NCBI RefSeq assembly: GCF_006345805.1
Contig: NC_042997.1
Coordinates: 145,514,001-145,578,000 of the forward strand
DNA: 64,000 bases
Source of the DNA: Octopus sinensis
Taxonomy: Eukaryota
Reading direction: 5' to 3'
A program made the translations under genes and the position numbers. The notes below the pieces were generated by a model. The model searched no databases. It worked only from the letters and a program-made list of their open reading frames with translations, and had not been told where the DNA came from. Positions 52,211 to 64,000 of the stretch are shown here, in pieces; within the stretch, counting starts at the first letter, position 1, and every line of letters begins with the position of its first letter.

Positions 52211-52777
52211 TTGGGTTGTCTGGAAAGTTCGTGCCGATTAATAGTAGCTTACCTTTCGACTTATTTTAGAACATGGTTGAGTCCATAAAATAGGATTTCA
52301 CTACACCTCCATTTAGAGCACAGTTTAAGCTATCTTTACGAGAAAGAAGATTTATGTTCCTATACCCTGTGTTAATTCTGTGACCCTTTAAAATGGAAGA
52401 TAAGAAAGTTCATTTTCGGCACTTGTTGCTTTGGGAACCAGATGGGAATTGCTGCAGCTCGGCCGGGATGTGTTACTCCACCCTCCATATTCACCAGATG
52501 TTGCTCCTTCGGATTTCCACTTATTCAGGTCTCTGCAGAATAGTCTTAATGGTAAAAACTTCAATTCCTCGGATGACGTAAAAAGATACCTTGATGAATT
52601 CTTTGCCATGAAACCACCTCAATTCTGGGAAGAGTGTAGTTTCAAGTTAAAGGAAAGATGGAGACGCATTGTGCAACAAAATGGTTCATATTTGGTTGAT
52701 TAAAAAATGTAATGGCAAGTATTTACTGACCTTTTTCTTTCGTTTAAAAATCGGCACGAACTTTCCGGACAACCCAA
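52211..52777 (+). mobile_element. 567-bp internally deleted mariner with both TIRs
   Basis: 29-bp TIR TTGGGTTGTC(T/C)GGAAAGTTCGTGCCGATT; MEDKKVHFRHL joined to HPPYSPDVAPSDFHLFRSLQNSL...QQNGSYLVD*. Confidence 0.92.
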
Positions 52778-52789
52778 TATATTTACTAT

Positions 52790-53030
52790 GTGGAGGCACA
52801 TGGCTTAGTGGTTATGGTGTTGGACTCATGATTATATGATCGTAGTTTCGATTCCTGGACCGGGCAATACGTTGTGTTCTTGAGTAAAGCACTTCATTTC
52901 ATCTTGCTCCAGTTCACTCAACTGGTAAGAATGAGTTCGTCTGCGACAGACTGGCTTCTTATCCAGGGAGGAATATATATATATATATATACATCAGAGA
53001 ACCTGGAAAACCTATTCGCATTACCGAACA
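52790..53030 (+). mobile_element. SINE family B
   Basis: gtggaggcacatggcttagtggttatgg...ttgagtaaagcacttcatttca. Confidence 0.8.
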
Positions 53031-53704
53031 ATGTAGACTAACCAGCCATAACCACTACACTTACTACCTGCTTAACGAAAAAGGCTCTACTCGGTCATTC
53101 GCTTCCAGAAATTGGAACCAAATTACTTTCAAAACCACACCCCATAATCTTAAATACAAAAGGCTGTATTTATGAATCCCTGCTATACAAACAAAATAAG
53201 ACGGCTAGGGCTAGAACATTTTTGATCATAAATTTAGTGAATTGGTAACGTTTGCTTCTTGTAAGGTTTGGGTGGGTCCTTGTATAGGTCAAAGGACTAC
53301 TTCACATCCAAGGCTATTTTGTAACTTTACAAGTCCACATATTTCAGCAGGTGCACCATCTTGTCATGTGGATCTCTTCGATTAGGTTCAGAAGGAGGCG
53401 CCCCAGTATAGATAAAGTCAAATGATTAAAAACAGTAAGATTAAAACTATTGACGGATCTTACAGAAGGAGCCATTTCAAGTCATTCACAAGGCTAACAG
53501 TACGAAAACGCAGGCACCTTCCCTCCAAAATGAAGGTAGCCACTACATGGTTAAGCAACTCGAAATCAAAAATCTCCCCCAAATCATTACGATATTATGG
53601 TAAGGAACGGGAACGAGAGCGAGAAAGAGAGCAATGTTCTGCATTCCTTTAAAAGGAGTCAAATTTCTGTTCAGTCATGATTGACCTGGGATACTGAAGC
53701 GAGT

Positions 53705-54050
53705 CTCTAACTTGATTGGTCCTTCTTTTGCCTTAACTCTGCAACCCTTGTCACATGGCTATGACGTCACTAGTTTTTAGTCATTTCTGTCGTTATTGCC
53801 TCAAGAAATGCTCTGATGAACTTTCTCTCTTAGTTCCAGTTCGCTTTGTGCCATCTCGCCTGATTCAAAACTCAGAGCGTCTTCGTCCAAATACTATTCC
53901 CCTCAAACTGCCAGACTTTGGAGCTCCCTTCCATCTTCTTATGACCTGAATTCTTTCATGTCTAATGTAAATTAGTTCTTTTCATCTTAACCTTTTTCCT
54001 TCTTCGTAGTCTCTTACACTAAGTGGTTTCTCGCCTTGTTTAAGATTTTA
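53705..54050 (+). mobile_element. 3' end of a Jockey/I-group LINE
   Basis: LQPLSH...VTSLVFSHFCRYCLKKCSDELSLLVP and a ...ttatgacctgaattctttcatgtctaatgtaaat tail pattern. Confidence 0.6.
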
Positions 54051-54454
54051 AAAAAGTTTGGTGACGAGCGTTGACCTGAGGATAAACAAGAATAATAAAA
54101 ATAAGTTTCAAGCAGATACGAGCTACAAAGGAATCTTTAGGTGATGGGCGATTCAACTGACACGAAATAATGGTAAAATTTTCCTCAAATTACACGTAGA
54201 TTTAAAAACATGAAGGGATTGTTGCTTTACGCAGCCCTAGTTGCACTATGCCTGAAAATAAGATGGCGGGGTGGGGTTATAGCTGGAATACCTTTGATCA
54301 TTGGTCTACTTGATCAGGACTATACAGGGTGCTGGTGCGTTTATGTCATCGTAACTTAGTAGTTCTGATGTATTTATGTCACTGTGACTTAGCGGTTCTG
54401 GTCTGTTTATATCACCGTATCTTAGGGGGTCGGCAAAGAGATCGATAGAAAAAG

Positions 54455-54763
54455 ATGATGATGATGATGATGATGATGATGACGAGGAGGAGGAGGAGGA
54501 GGAGGAGGAGGAGGAGGAGGAGGAGGAGGAGGATGTCGATGATGATTGATGACTGATGAAAGAGAATATGAACATGAAGAAGAAATGGAAGAAGGGTGGG
54601 AAAGAGGAAATGAGGGAGAGGAAAGATATGACGAAAGGAGGAGGAGGAGGAGGAGAAGCAGAAGTAGAGAAAGAAGAATGAGAAGTAGAAGAAAAAGGAG
54701 AAGAAGTAGAAGAAAAAGGAGAAGAAGTAGAAGAAGAAGAAGAAGAAGAAGAAGAAGAAGAAG

Positions 54764-54804
<41 letters not shown>

Positions 54805-54815
54805 CGACGGCGACG
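54455..54815. repeat. Compound (GAT)(GAG)(GAA)(CAA)(GAC) trinucleotide array
   Basis: Seen directly. Confidence 0.9.
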
Positions 54816-54905
54816 ACGGCAAAAAGTTTATAAATTTTTATGATGTCAATAATATACGATTCTCACTAATAAGATTAAAATTTTTAAAACAGACAGATTT
54901 CGAAG

Positions 54906-54975
54906 GGTTGCTTTGGTACAATGGTAGAACGTCTGTTATATTAACAGATGTGGGTTCGAGTTCTACGAGCGGCCT
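54906..54975 (+). pseudogene. tRNA-like cloverleaf (TAT at the anticodon position), probably a tRNA pseudogene or derivative
   Basis: Acceptor GGTTGCT/AGCGGCC, D region TGGTACAATGGTAGAAC, stem TCTGT/ACAGA with loop TATATTA, T arm GTGGG-TTCGAGT-TCTAC. Positions 33 and 37 are non-canonical and the variable loop is nearly absent. Confidence 0.55.
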
Positions 54976-55050
54976 TCGACTTCAGAATCCGATTAAAAAG
55001 AAATTCCACGTTCTCTCAAAAGTTTATAAATTCTCATGACGTCAACAATA

Positions 55051-55092
<42 letters not shown>

Positions 55093-55216
55093 TGTGTCTC
55101 ACTGTTTGCCAACTAGGGTTGGTTTGTTTATGATCCCCGTAACTTAACAGTGTGGCAAATGGGATCGGTAGAATAAGCACCAAAGTTTAAGAAATAACTA
55201 CCGGATTCCCAATGTA

Positions 55217-55652
55217 CGAGGGGAAGTCAAAAATTATCCGCATTTTTGCCATAGAATATCTTTATTATCGTAACACTGCTTTCTGCACATGCGTGCTTAA
55301 AGTTGGTACTATTGAGACCTCGTGATCGAAGCTTGAGCCTGACCGCGCCATCTTTCCGATTTTACAGTGTAAGCATGGCCGCTCCGCTAGCATTGAGCAC
55401 CAAAGAAAGACAAAGAACAGTAATTCGATTTCTCTGGTCGGAATGTGTATCGGGTGATGAAATTCATCGGAGACTTTTATCACAATACGGGACAGTGCAC
55501 TACAGCGTAGAAGTGTGTATGAGTGGATCGAGAAGTTTAAAAGTGGTCGGACAAGCGTGATGCATGATGAGGGAACAGAACGTTCATCAACCTCCACCAC
55601 CGATGAGAAGATTCAACAAGCTCGAGAGATAGTAATGGTGAACCCACAAATT
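55217..55652 (+). mobile_element. Mariner (irritans-type) 5' fragment
   Basis: TA-CGAGGGGAAGTCAAAAATTATCCG; MAAPLALSTKERQRTVIRFLWSE...IHRRL, YEWIEKFKSGRTSV. Confidence 0.85.
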
Positions 55653-55780
55653 TCAGGTCTTGTGCATATTCTAGAAAGGATTTATGAAAACTCAATTATC
55701 GTGTAGTTATCTTATTGTTCTTTCTTACCCTGATCTCAGCTGTTCACATTACATAACAAAATGTGTATTCTTGTTTTCAG

Positions 55781-55891
55781 GAATATTTACATTTGTCGAT
55801 CCACTTTTTCGCCTCGAACATGCAGACTATACTCCAAGGTATTCGTTATTCATAACTTTATTGGCTGGACTCCTGTCCATAGTTGCTGGTA
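55781..55891 (+). CDS. Candidate 111-nt exon ending in a transmembrane-like segment (IFTFVDPLFRLEHADYTPRYSLFITLLAGLLSIVAG)
   Basis: Strong acceptor gtattcttgttttcag, donor gtatgc at 55892 (alternative gtagta at 55889), symmetric phase 1/1, open frame, non-repetitive. Confidence 0.55.
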
Positions 55892-56214
55892 GTATGCACA
55901 TAGTTGTGGTTGAAAGAACAGTCTGCGAATGAGGAAATTTCCATTACCAAAGTGCAAAACCATTTACGTTTTGCCCCTTTAATTTACACAATAAAAACAA
56001 AAACTGTAAAGAAAATTAATTTTTCAAATTTTATTTTGTATTTGAAAATAAACGATTTCATATGTCTATCATGTGTGTCTTTGAGTTTTTACTATTTCTA
56101 TCTTTATTCAATTAATCAGTCAGATAATTATCGCACAAAACTAATGACTTAGACAATGCGGCACCTATCATCAGTATCATCGTTGTCGTCGTCATCAACG
56201 TCATATCCATCATC

Positions 56215-56437
56215 AAGGCGGCGAGCTGGCAGTAACGTTAGCATGCCGGGCGAAATGCTTACCGGTCTTTCGTCTGCCGTTACATTCTGAGTTCAAATTC
56301 TGCCGAGGTCGACTTTGCCTTTCATCCTTTCGGGGTCGATTAAATAAGTACCAGTTACGCATTGAGGTCGATATAATCGACTTAATCCCTTTGTCCCCTC
56401 TATGCTTAGCCCCTTCTCGGCAATAAAGAAATAAGAA
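56215..56437 (+). mobile_element. SINE family A, full monomer
   Basis: aaggcggcgagctggcag...gagttcaaattc (B-box-like)...gtcgactttgcctttcatcctttcggggtcga...aataaagaaata. Confidence 0.9.
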
Positions 56438-56489
56438 TCGTTTGCATGCGGGACAAACTGCTCAGTGGTGTTTCATCTGTCCACAGGTT

Positions 56490-56632
56490 CTAAATTCAAA
56501 TCCTGCTGATGTCGACTTCACCTTTCATCCTTTTCGGGTTGATTAAATAAATACTAGTTGAGAACTGGAGTCGTTGTAATTGACTGTTTCCCCTACCACC
56601 AAATTCCAGGCCTTTTGCCTATAGTAGAAAGG

Positions 56633-56673
<41 letters not shown>
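56490..56673 (+). mobile_element. SINE family A-related copy with (TTA)n tail
   Basis: ttcaaatcctgctgatgtcgacttcacctttcatcc...agtagaaaggattattatta. Confidence 0.7.
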
Positions 56674-56674
<1 letters not shown>

Positions 56675-57231
56675 GAGTGAGAGAGCAGTGCATGCCATTA
56701 AAGTGACCCTGGGGTAAAATATACGAAGCCCAGTATACCCATCATGACAACCCATCTTATAAGGGTACACTAGGTGCATGAATCGCAACCATATGTGCGC
56801 AACGTGGTGATCTCATATCAAGATAAGCAGCATATGACCTTGCAGGTGGGGCCCAGTTAGAATTTTCTTCTGGTCGAGTAGCCCATCCCGCACAAATGGT
56901 CCCTGAATATGGGTTGTCTAAGTATGTTGAACGAAACACCCATATTTCCAGAAGTGAATTATTCAAACCTTAAAGAATCCCTCTCACCATCGACTATGAT
57001 GCTCCCCCCACTACTTCTGCTCGTGATCAGAGATGCACATATCGTCAGCCACTAAGGGACATGCTCAACTGGTTAAGGTCAAACAACTGACAAGCAAATC
57101 TGTGGTATTGAGCAGAATATTTGCTGTAGCCCATCTTTTATACCAAGACAAAACACTGTACATGATAACACTTCCACTCAGTTAAGATCAGAAGCCATGA
57201 GAGCCACTGCCTGGTACTGAATCAGGGCATT
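56675..57231 (-). mobile_element. ~555-bp non-coding retroposon-like element with (AAT)n tail
   Basis: Bounded by (TTA)n on both sides, no credible ORF, same orientation as the adjacent Dong-type LINE. Recalled as a common octopus repeat (unverified). Confidence 0.5.
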
Positions 57232-58860
57232 TATTATTATTATTGTTGTTATTTCATTGTTATTGCACAGCTTCTAATACTGGAGATGTATTATGATGTC
57301 AGCTGTTCACTATCAGTGAACTAAGGTAACACCCCTTATATTTCGGAGTATTCGGAATGCTGTTTACTGCAAGTGCTCCACCCTTATTGCAGACCCTATT
57401 TGTTCCATGTACTTCTCAAAACTTTTAATACCACCTTTTTCAGCGACCACAATTACTTACCCCCCACCCCACCCCAAGCTAACCTATTATATCTATTGAC
57501 TTTTCTTTCTTCCTTATCGCATACCTTGTTTTCAGCTGGGTATGTTATATCTATGATACAGCATCTCAGGGTCGCACTGAATCATAAAATTCCATAGGAT
57601 TTTTGCATTATCATTTTCAATGATGTCTTCGGGTTTATGTTCATACCACGTTTTTGCTCTGTCATGTCCATACTTGTTGCAAAGTGTCCAATGGACAATC
57701 CTTGCTATATTGTCATGACGTCTCTTATATTCTTTCTGGGCAAGTGGCGTACATTGACTTGTAATATGCCATACAGCTTCACCATTTTGTCCACAAATTC
57801 TGCACTGATCACTTTCTGATGTCTTGTTTATTCTGTATTTGATGTAATTCGTTATTAATATTTGCTCCGTTTCCTGTTTCAAATCACTTTTAGTCATCCA
57901 TAACCATCTTTTTCCTCTGTGTGTCATATCTTCAACATCCCTATGAAATTGACCATGCATTCTTTTCTTTACCCACCTATTTTCAGTTTCATTTGTTTTC
58001 AATTTCTTGTGCAATGCTTTATCATTGCAATCTTTCATCCTACACAAGCCTGACCTTCCTACTTATAATATTAGCGGTTCTGTGGCATTTTTTACATACC
58101 ATGCTATGTTGTTTTCTTCTGCTCTAATACTGTGTTTGCATCCAATCAGTCCTCTTTCCCCTCTTTTTCTTGGTACATACAGTCTGGTCTGTGTCACTTT
58201 TTGGGTGGAGTATCCCATATTTAGCCAGCAACTTCCCTGTCGTTCTGTCTAAGGTGTTTAGACCGTCTACTGTCCATGCGGTTACCCTTGCTCCATATCT
58301 AAGTAGCGAAACCGCTCAGGTGTTGATAGGTTCAACCTTATTCCGTCCGTTTAATTTCGACTTAAGGATCAGTCTCAGTCTGCGCAAGTACACCACCTTA
58401 AATTTTTCTGTCATTTCTTTCTCTATCAATTTATCCAATATCCCCAAGTACTTATAGCCCGACTCTTCTATCTGCTTCATAACCTCCCCCGACTGTGTCA
58501 CTAGCCCTTCTATACATTTGATTTTGCCTCTCTTCAAGATTGACACACCACACGTTTTCAGTCCGAACTCCATTCTGATATCAGCACTGAAAGTATATAC
58601 CGTATCAACAAGGGAACTGACTTGGGATTCATCTTTATCATAAAGTTTGAGGTCCTCCATGTATAACAAGTGGTTTACTTTTTGTTGGCGGCTCTTGAAT
58701 ACATACCCAGCTTTTGCTTCCTCAGAATCAATGTTAGTGGTATCATACATTGTACAAAGATCAATGGGGACAGGTAGTCCCCTTGGAAGATGCATCTCCT
58801 GATTTCTGTTGTCCCTAAGCTTCTTCCGTATGCTATCATTTCCGTCCTCCACTTCGCCAC
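57232..58860 (-). mobile_element. R4/Dong-type LINE 3' portion (RT, CCHC knuckle, RLE) with (AAT)n tail
   Basis: IFQGDYLSPLIF, NHLLYMEDLKLY, YKYLGI, KSKLNGRNKV.PINTWAV, MHGQFHR, CRICGQNGEAVWHITSQC, RRHDNIARIVHW, KILWNFMIQCD. Confidence 0.92.
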
Positions 58861-59320
58861 ACTTCTTCCAAGTAATCGCTCAACATTCGATGCAATATTG
58901 TTGTTGTTATTATTATTACGTTAAAAGATGTGTAGTTTAATGTCCTATTTTTTCTCATGTATACCCAAAAGTAATACTTCAAGGAATAAGGACAGTTGTA
59001 GATAACATATTTATTTGCACCGTTACATATAATCGTTTCCTAACCACGACTGGTAGGTGTGTATAAAAGCAATCGGCAAGCATGCGTGGTAAAGAGTTAT
59101 AATTTCGTGTATAAATGGATAGCGTAAGATTTACATGTCTCGGGTCATTTAAGCAGCAGATGGCGAGAGGACAGAGTGATGTTGTAGAAGAGAAAGATGA
59201 GCTAATGAGACAGTTAGGGAGTGGTGTCACGAGACAACTGTATCGTGGGTGAGTTTCCAGAGTTGTCCCTCTGTGATGTTACTTCAGTCGAGATGGTGTT
59301 TCGCTCAAGCGGTCGCGAAT

Positions 59321-59392
59321 TTTTCCCACGAGAGTTCCGGACCCCAGTTACGAACCCATTTGCATACAGCCAATCAGAGCTCAACTATCAAA
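59321..59392 (+). repeat. Octamer/CCAAT module (copy C)
   Basis: ATTTGCAT at 59358-59365, CCAAT at 59370-59374. Confidence 0.75.
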
Positions 59393-60125
59393 CTAATTTA
59401 TGAGCGCATAAGTGATGGGCGATAAGATGAGGTCACTTGGATAAGGAATGACCATGCCTCTTTTCTCTTTTAAGAGAGCTTGTTGTTCTTGTTTCAACCG
59501 TGGCTGCCTCTGTGTAGTTATTTGTGTTGTTGTTTACTTTGTAAAACAGTAAGGGGAGAGGGTTGCTAGCACGGCACCCTCTACCCACATTTTCCCTGTC
59601 TATATCTTTACCATATAGGGGCCTGACAATGTCCGATAATAGGTATAGATGCAAATCTATCAAATCACTTCATTCCTAAAATCAGGCTTAACTTGGCGAT
59701 CGGTCGACTTACAACACCGTTCTTCGTCTTGAGTTTACTTGGTAGAGAGTGTTCTACCAAGAGATTCACTGTTTTTAACATATGCACGAATGTTATATTG
59801 GGCTTTGCGTCGAGGCATAATCTGAGAGCTGGTCGGCACCTTTCCTTTCACACTTTTCAAACAATCCTCCACCGGTCTGCCAGCACCAATGCGGTTTCTG
59901 CCACCACCAACCATCTTTCTCTTGGATGCTGCAGTTTGTTGCACACTAATTGTCTTTATACTAATTAGGGATTTTCGGTAATTCAGTCTTACCGGTAACC
60001 ACCGTATGCGTTCAGTATCGATGATATTAGAATCTGAATAAGATCACAATTCAAGATTCGCATAGCAATCGGAGATCGCCATTTTGAATACCAACTTTTG
60101 TTAACTGGACACGACAAGATCAATG

Positions 60126-60190
60126 TGAGCCCTGATTGGCTGTATGCAAATGAGTTCATTACTGTGATCCGAAAACCTCGTGGGAAAAAT
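60126..60190 (-). repeat. Octamer/CCAAT module (copy D)
   Basis: ATTGG at 60135-60139, ATGCAAAT at 60144-60151. Confidence 0.75.
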
Positions 60191-60525
60191 TGTGTTCTTG
60201 CTCCACTTACTCCATTCTGTTCTAAGAAATGTAACCTTATGTGCGTATGCGTTTGTGTCCTTGTTTGTTTGTGTGTGCGTGGTCGTGGTGGTGGGGTATA
60301 CATACATAGATTCATACATATACAAATTTGAATTGTATTTACATAAATATATATATATTCATGTTTACTATCTAGCTATCTATCAGTCTCGCTCTCTCTC
60401 TCTCTGCATACATATATATATATATATCTATGAAAAGTGAAACCGGTCAAGTCAGTAAACATCCTTAAAAGACCTCTGCATTTTCAAATTCTCTTCCCTA
60501 TATATATATATATATATGGGAAGAG

Positions 60526-60557
<32 letters not shown>

Positions 60558-60624
60558 CAGAGAGAGAGAGAGAGACAGAGACAGAGAGAGAGAGAGACAG
60601 AGACAGAGAAACAGAGATAATCTG

Positions 60625-60942
60625 AGAACCCCTTCGGTCCTGAATGACCATGGGATTGCACCTAGAAAGTTACCCTCCCAGGCACAAGTCCGGGCAAGGT
60701 TGTTTATGGAAGACCAGCAGTCGCCCATGCATACCGGCCTCCCCTCTCCACACACCACTGATGTTATCCATGGGAAAGGCAAAGGCGGATACAACTTGGC
60801 ACCAGTGACATCACAACTCATTTCTACAGTTGAGTGAACTGGAGCAACGTGAAATAAAGTATCTTGCTCAAGAACACAACACGCAGCCCGATCCGGGAAT
60901 CGAGCTCACAACCTCACGATCGTAAGCTCGACGCTCTAACCA
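60625..60942 (-). mobile_element. tRNA plus CORE-like SINE with RTE-type 3' tail
   Basis: Reverse complement gtggttagagcgtcgagc...tcgattcccgg...ttcttgagcaagatactttatttcacgttgctccag...catggtcattcaggaccgaaggggttctc. Confidence 0.8.
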
Positions 60943-60974
60943 CACGAGAGAGGAAAACATATATATATATATAC

Positions 60975-61070
<96 letters not shown>

Positions 61071-61115
61071 TACGTGCAGAGACAAACAAAATTAGTGTGT
61101 GAAATATGTGTGTGT

Positions 61116-61292
61116 GTTTACGTGTGTGTGTGTGTGTGTTGCCATATGCATACTAATATTTGATTACGCAGACAGACAGACGGACATAGATACAAAAGGT
61201 AAAACGCTGAAACTACAGTTAAAACAGTATACCGATTAGGTACCTCTAAATTGCAATTCTATCCACTCTCCCTCTGTGTCCAACGCCCACAA

Positions 61293-61348
<56 letters not shown>

Positions 61349-61736
61349 GTTTGTGTGTGCGTGTGTGTGTATCTGCACATAACATTTATATAATATATAT
61401 ATATATTTATCTGAGTATACATATATGCAAGACACACACAGCATTTATATAAATAAATATATTTGACTGCATGAATGTATGTACGTATGTATATATGTAT
61501 GTATATGCATGAGTGTGTGTATATATATGTGTGTATGTGTCTATGTGTATATGTGTGTGTGTGTTACGTGTGTGTGTGTGTGTTGCCATATGCATACTAA
61601 TATTTGATTACGCAGACAGACAGACGGACATAGATACAAAAGGTAAAACGCTGAAACTACAGTTAAAACAGTATACCGATTAGGTACCTCTAAATTGCAA
61701 TTCTATCCACTCTCCCTCTGTGTCCAACGCCCACAA

Positions 61737-61830
<94 letters not shown>

Positions 61831-62045
61831 GTTTGTGTGTGCGTGTGTGTATCTGCACATAACATTTATATAAATATATATATATATTTATCTGAGTATA
61901 CATATATGCAAGACACACACAGCATTTATATAAATAAATATATTTGACTGCATGAATGTATGTACGTATGTATATATGTATGTATATGCATGAGTGTGTG
62001 TATATATATGTGTGTATGTGTCTATGTGTATATGTGTGTGTATGT
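61116..62045. repeat. Near-identical ~445-480-bp tandem duplication bounded by (GT)n
   Basis: The unit gccatatgcatactaatatttgattacgcag...gtctatgtgtatatgtg is repeated; differences are mostly microsatellite length. Confidence 0.9.
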
Positions 62046-62755
62046 GTGTGTGTGTGTATGTGTGTGTGTGTGTGTGTCTGTGTGTGTGTGTGTGTATTCA
62101 TAAGCGCAAACAAATGAGCTTCCTGTCAAAACGACACGTAGGTTAGGTGTCTGATATTCCAGCATCAAAGGAACTAGCTATATTAGCGAGCAGGAGCACA
62201 TCAAAGAGACTGCCTTAATAATTAACAGATCTGCAGCAGACATCAACCACAAAGTCATGTTTATATAACATTAATACTTTTTGTAGCTACATATCTCTAC
62301 TTTCTGACTCAGACAAGCTAAACCTCTAGACTACTGAAGGACAGTCATGGTCACATATCTAAGAATAGATGTATCTTGTACAAAGACATAAAGTTTGCTA
62401 AGTACTCGCATAAATAGCATATCGTTCAAATCATAGACTCCCTTTCTTCTCATTCTTTGTCTCTGTCTCTCTGTCTCTGTCTCTCTGTCTCTGTCTCTCT
62501 TCTTTTCTCAGATTTTCTTTCTCTCTCTATTAGTCTTTCTCTCTCTCTCTCTCGCTCTCCACTCAGACATACAAACATGCAATATATATATATATATATA
62601 CATACACCTTCATATTGACATTTATATAGACATTATTTATATGTGGTTGTGTGTGTGTGTGTGTGTGTGCGTGTGTGTGTGTATTCACACACAAATATGC
62701 ATATAAACACACATATAAAGCTATAGTGTCAGGAATATATACATACATTCTCTGA

Positions 62756-62798
<43 letters not shown>

Positions 62799-62840
62799 TG
62801 CATTCATATATTTTAACACATACACATGCACCGTATATGG

Positions 62841-62907
<67 letters not shown>

Positions 62908-62960
62908 ATTATATGTATGTATTCATATATTTTAACACATACACATGCACCCGTATATGG

Positions 62961-63040
<80 letters not shown>

Positions 63041-63057
63041 ATATATATTATATATAT

Positions 63058-63156
<99 letters not shown>

Positions 63157-63409
63157 CAGAGAGAGAAGAGAAAGAGAGAGAGAGATACATAATCACATGC
63201 ATATGCATGCACACACATTCACACGTATACACACATGGGTTGGAGAATCGAACCGAAATTATTTATGCAATCTCATTACGCCTTGTCGCTGTTACGACCT
63301 CGCTTTTCTCTTGATTATGAGGAAGTCTGATTATAAGCTAGATAAAACTGCCTTCAGAATTCACTAAGATTATTCTTACTTATAGTTTTTTTGCGAATCC
63401 GATGAAGAA

Positions 63410-63830
63410 CATTTTCTTCGTCATTTGGTAGCCCTTGATGATTGTACATCCCAACGTTTGATGTTCAGTGGTTCATGTATAGGTGGACAGTCCAAATGTA
63501 ACCCTACCTCAAATTCTCTTTCCTCGCTTGTTTTTAGTACATCTGACTGCGTTATACCCCTTCAATTCTTTTGGACGGTGTGAACGCCAAATCAAACGAC
63601 GTGCAGCGATTTCTTCCACGTTTAAAGGAGCGGTTGTTCCTCTCCAATGTGGCTGTCTTCAGCTGGGATTTGAATCGCTTCTTTTGTGCTCTAACCAGGA
63701 ATTAATCATGGTAGCTGGTCATAGAGGAAACGTGATTCAAACATATGACCTGAATGCTCGAGTCCTCTCGCCATTGTTGCCTGTATAAGTACGACTGATA
63801 TTAGTTCCATAGATGATATCTGTGTACATA
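63410..63830 (-). mobile_element. Decayed RTE (BovB-like) 3' end
   Basis: QKKRFKSQLK motif, GHMFESR upstream, and an atcatc...gacgaaga type tail. Confidence 0.5.
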
Positions 63831-64000
63831 GTCCTTTGTTGCCAAGCGAGAGAAAAGCTCTTTTTAAGATATCAGATGTTAAAGGCCTCTAGGTGTTTTT
63901 TTTTTTTTTGTGGTAATATCTTGCATTGAAACTAGAGATCCGACTTGGCAGATCAATTATGAAAATTTGACCAAAATTTTCTAAAAATCAGTGGAAGTAG

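Larger units (their letters stand above)
50776..53690 (+). repeat. ~310-bp dispersed direct repeat (50776-51090 and 53393-53690)
   Basis: aggaggcgccccagtatagat...aaatttctgttcagtcatgattgacctggga occurs twice. Confidence 0.85.

Noticed and set aside
54455-54833. Acidic or Arg/Thr-rich protein-like tract
   Set aside because: Pure trinucleotide array with stops and frame changes, next to SINE debris.
57175-57205. Superficial resemblance of tcagttaagatcaga to U2 snRNA
   Set aside because: Only a short, imperfect match, with no Sm site or other U2 features.

Overview
AT-rich, microsatellite-dense animal genomic DNA, almost entirely transposon-derived. Its SINE families and microsatellite load match my recollection of octopus/coleoid cephalopod genomes (inference, not a database match). 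No long intact CDS, rRNA or CRISPR array is present, and most ORF-track entries are microsatellite read-throughs. Contents: four tRNA-derived SINE families in many copies; Tc1/mariner relics (DD37D maT-type, a TIR-to-TIR DD34E Tc1, several mariners and MITEs); LINE relics (R4/Dong-type, RTE, CR1/Jockey-type); Penelope-like element (PLE) fragments; Helitron/Helentron-type non-autonomous elements; and a few candidate small + strand exons of a possible membrane-protein gene. The main result is a set of hammerhead-ribozyme-like motifs in PLE termini. Four diverged copies (21144, 29103, 34673, 39689) keep all hammerhead core boxes and compensatory stems I and III, but in a strand order that is none of the canonical types I, II or III. 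This suggests an undescribed pseudoknotted (permuted) hammerhead associated with a Naiad-like PLE. Coordinates were counted by hand; ends of decayed repeats are approximate.
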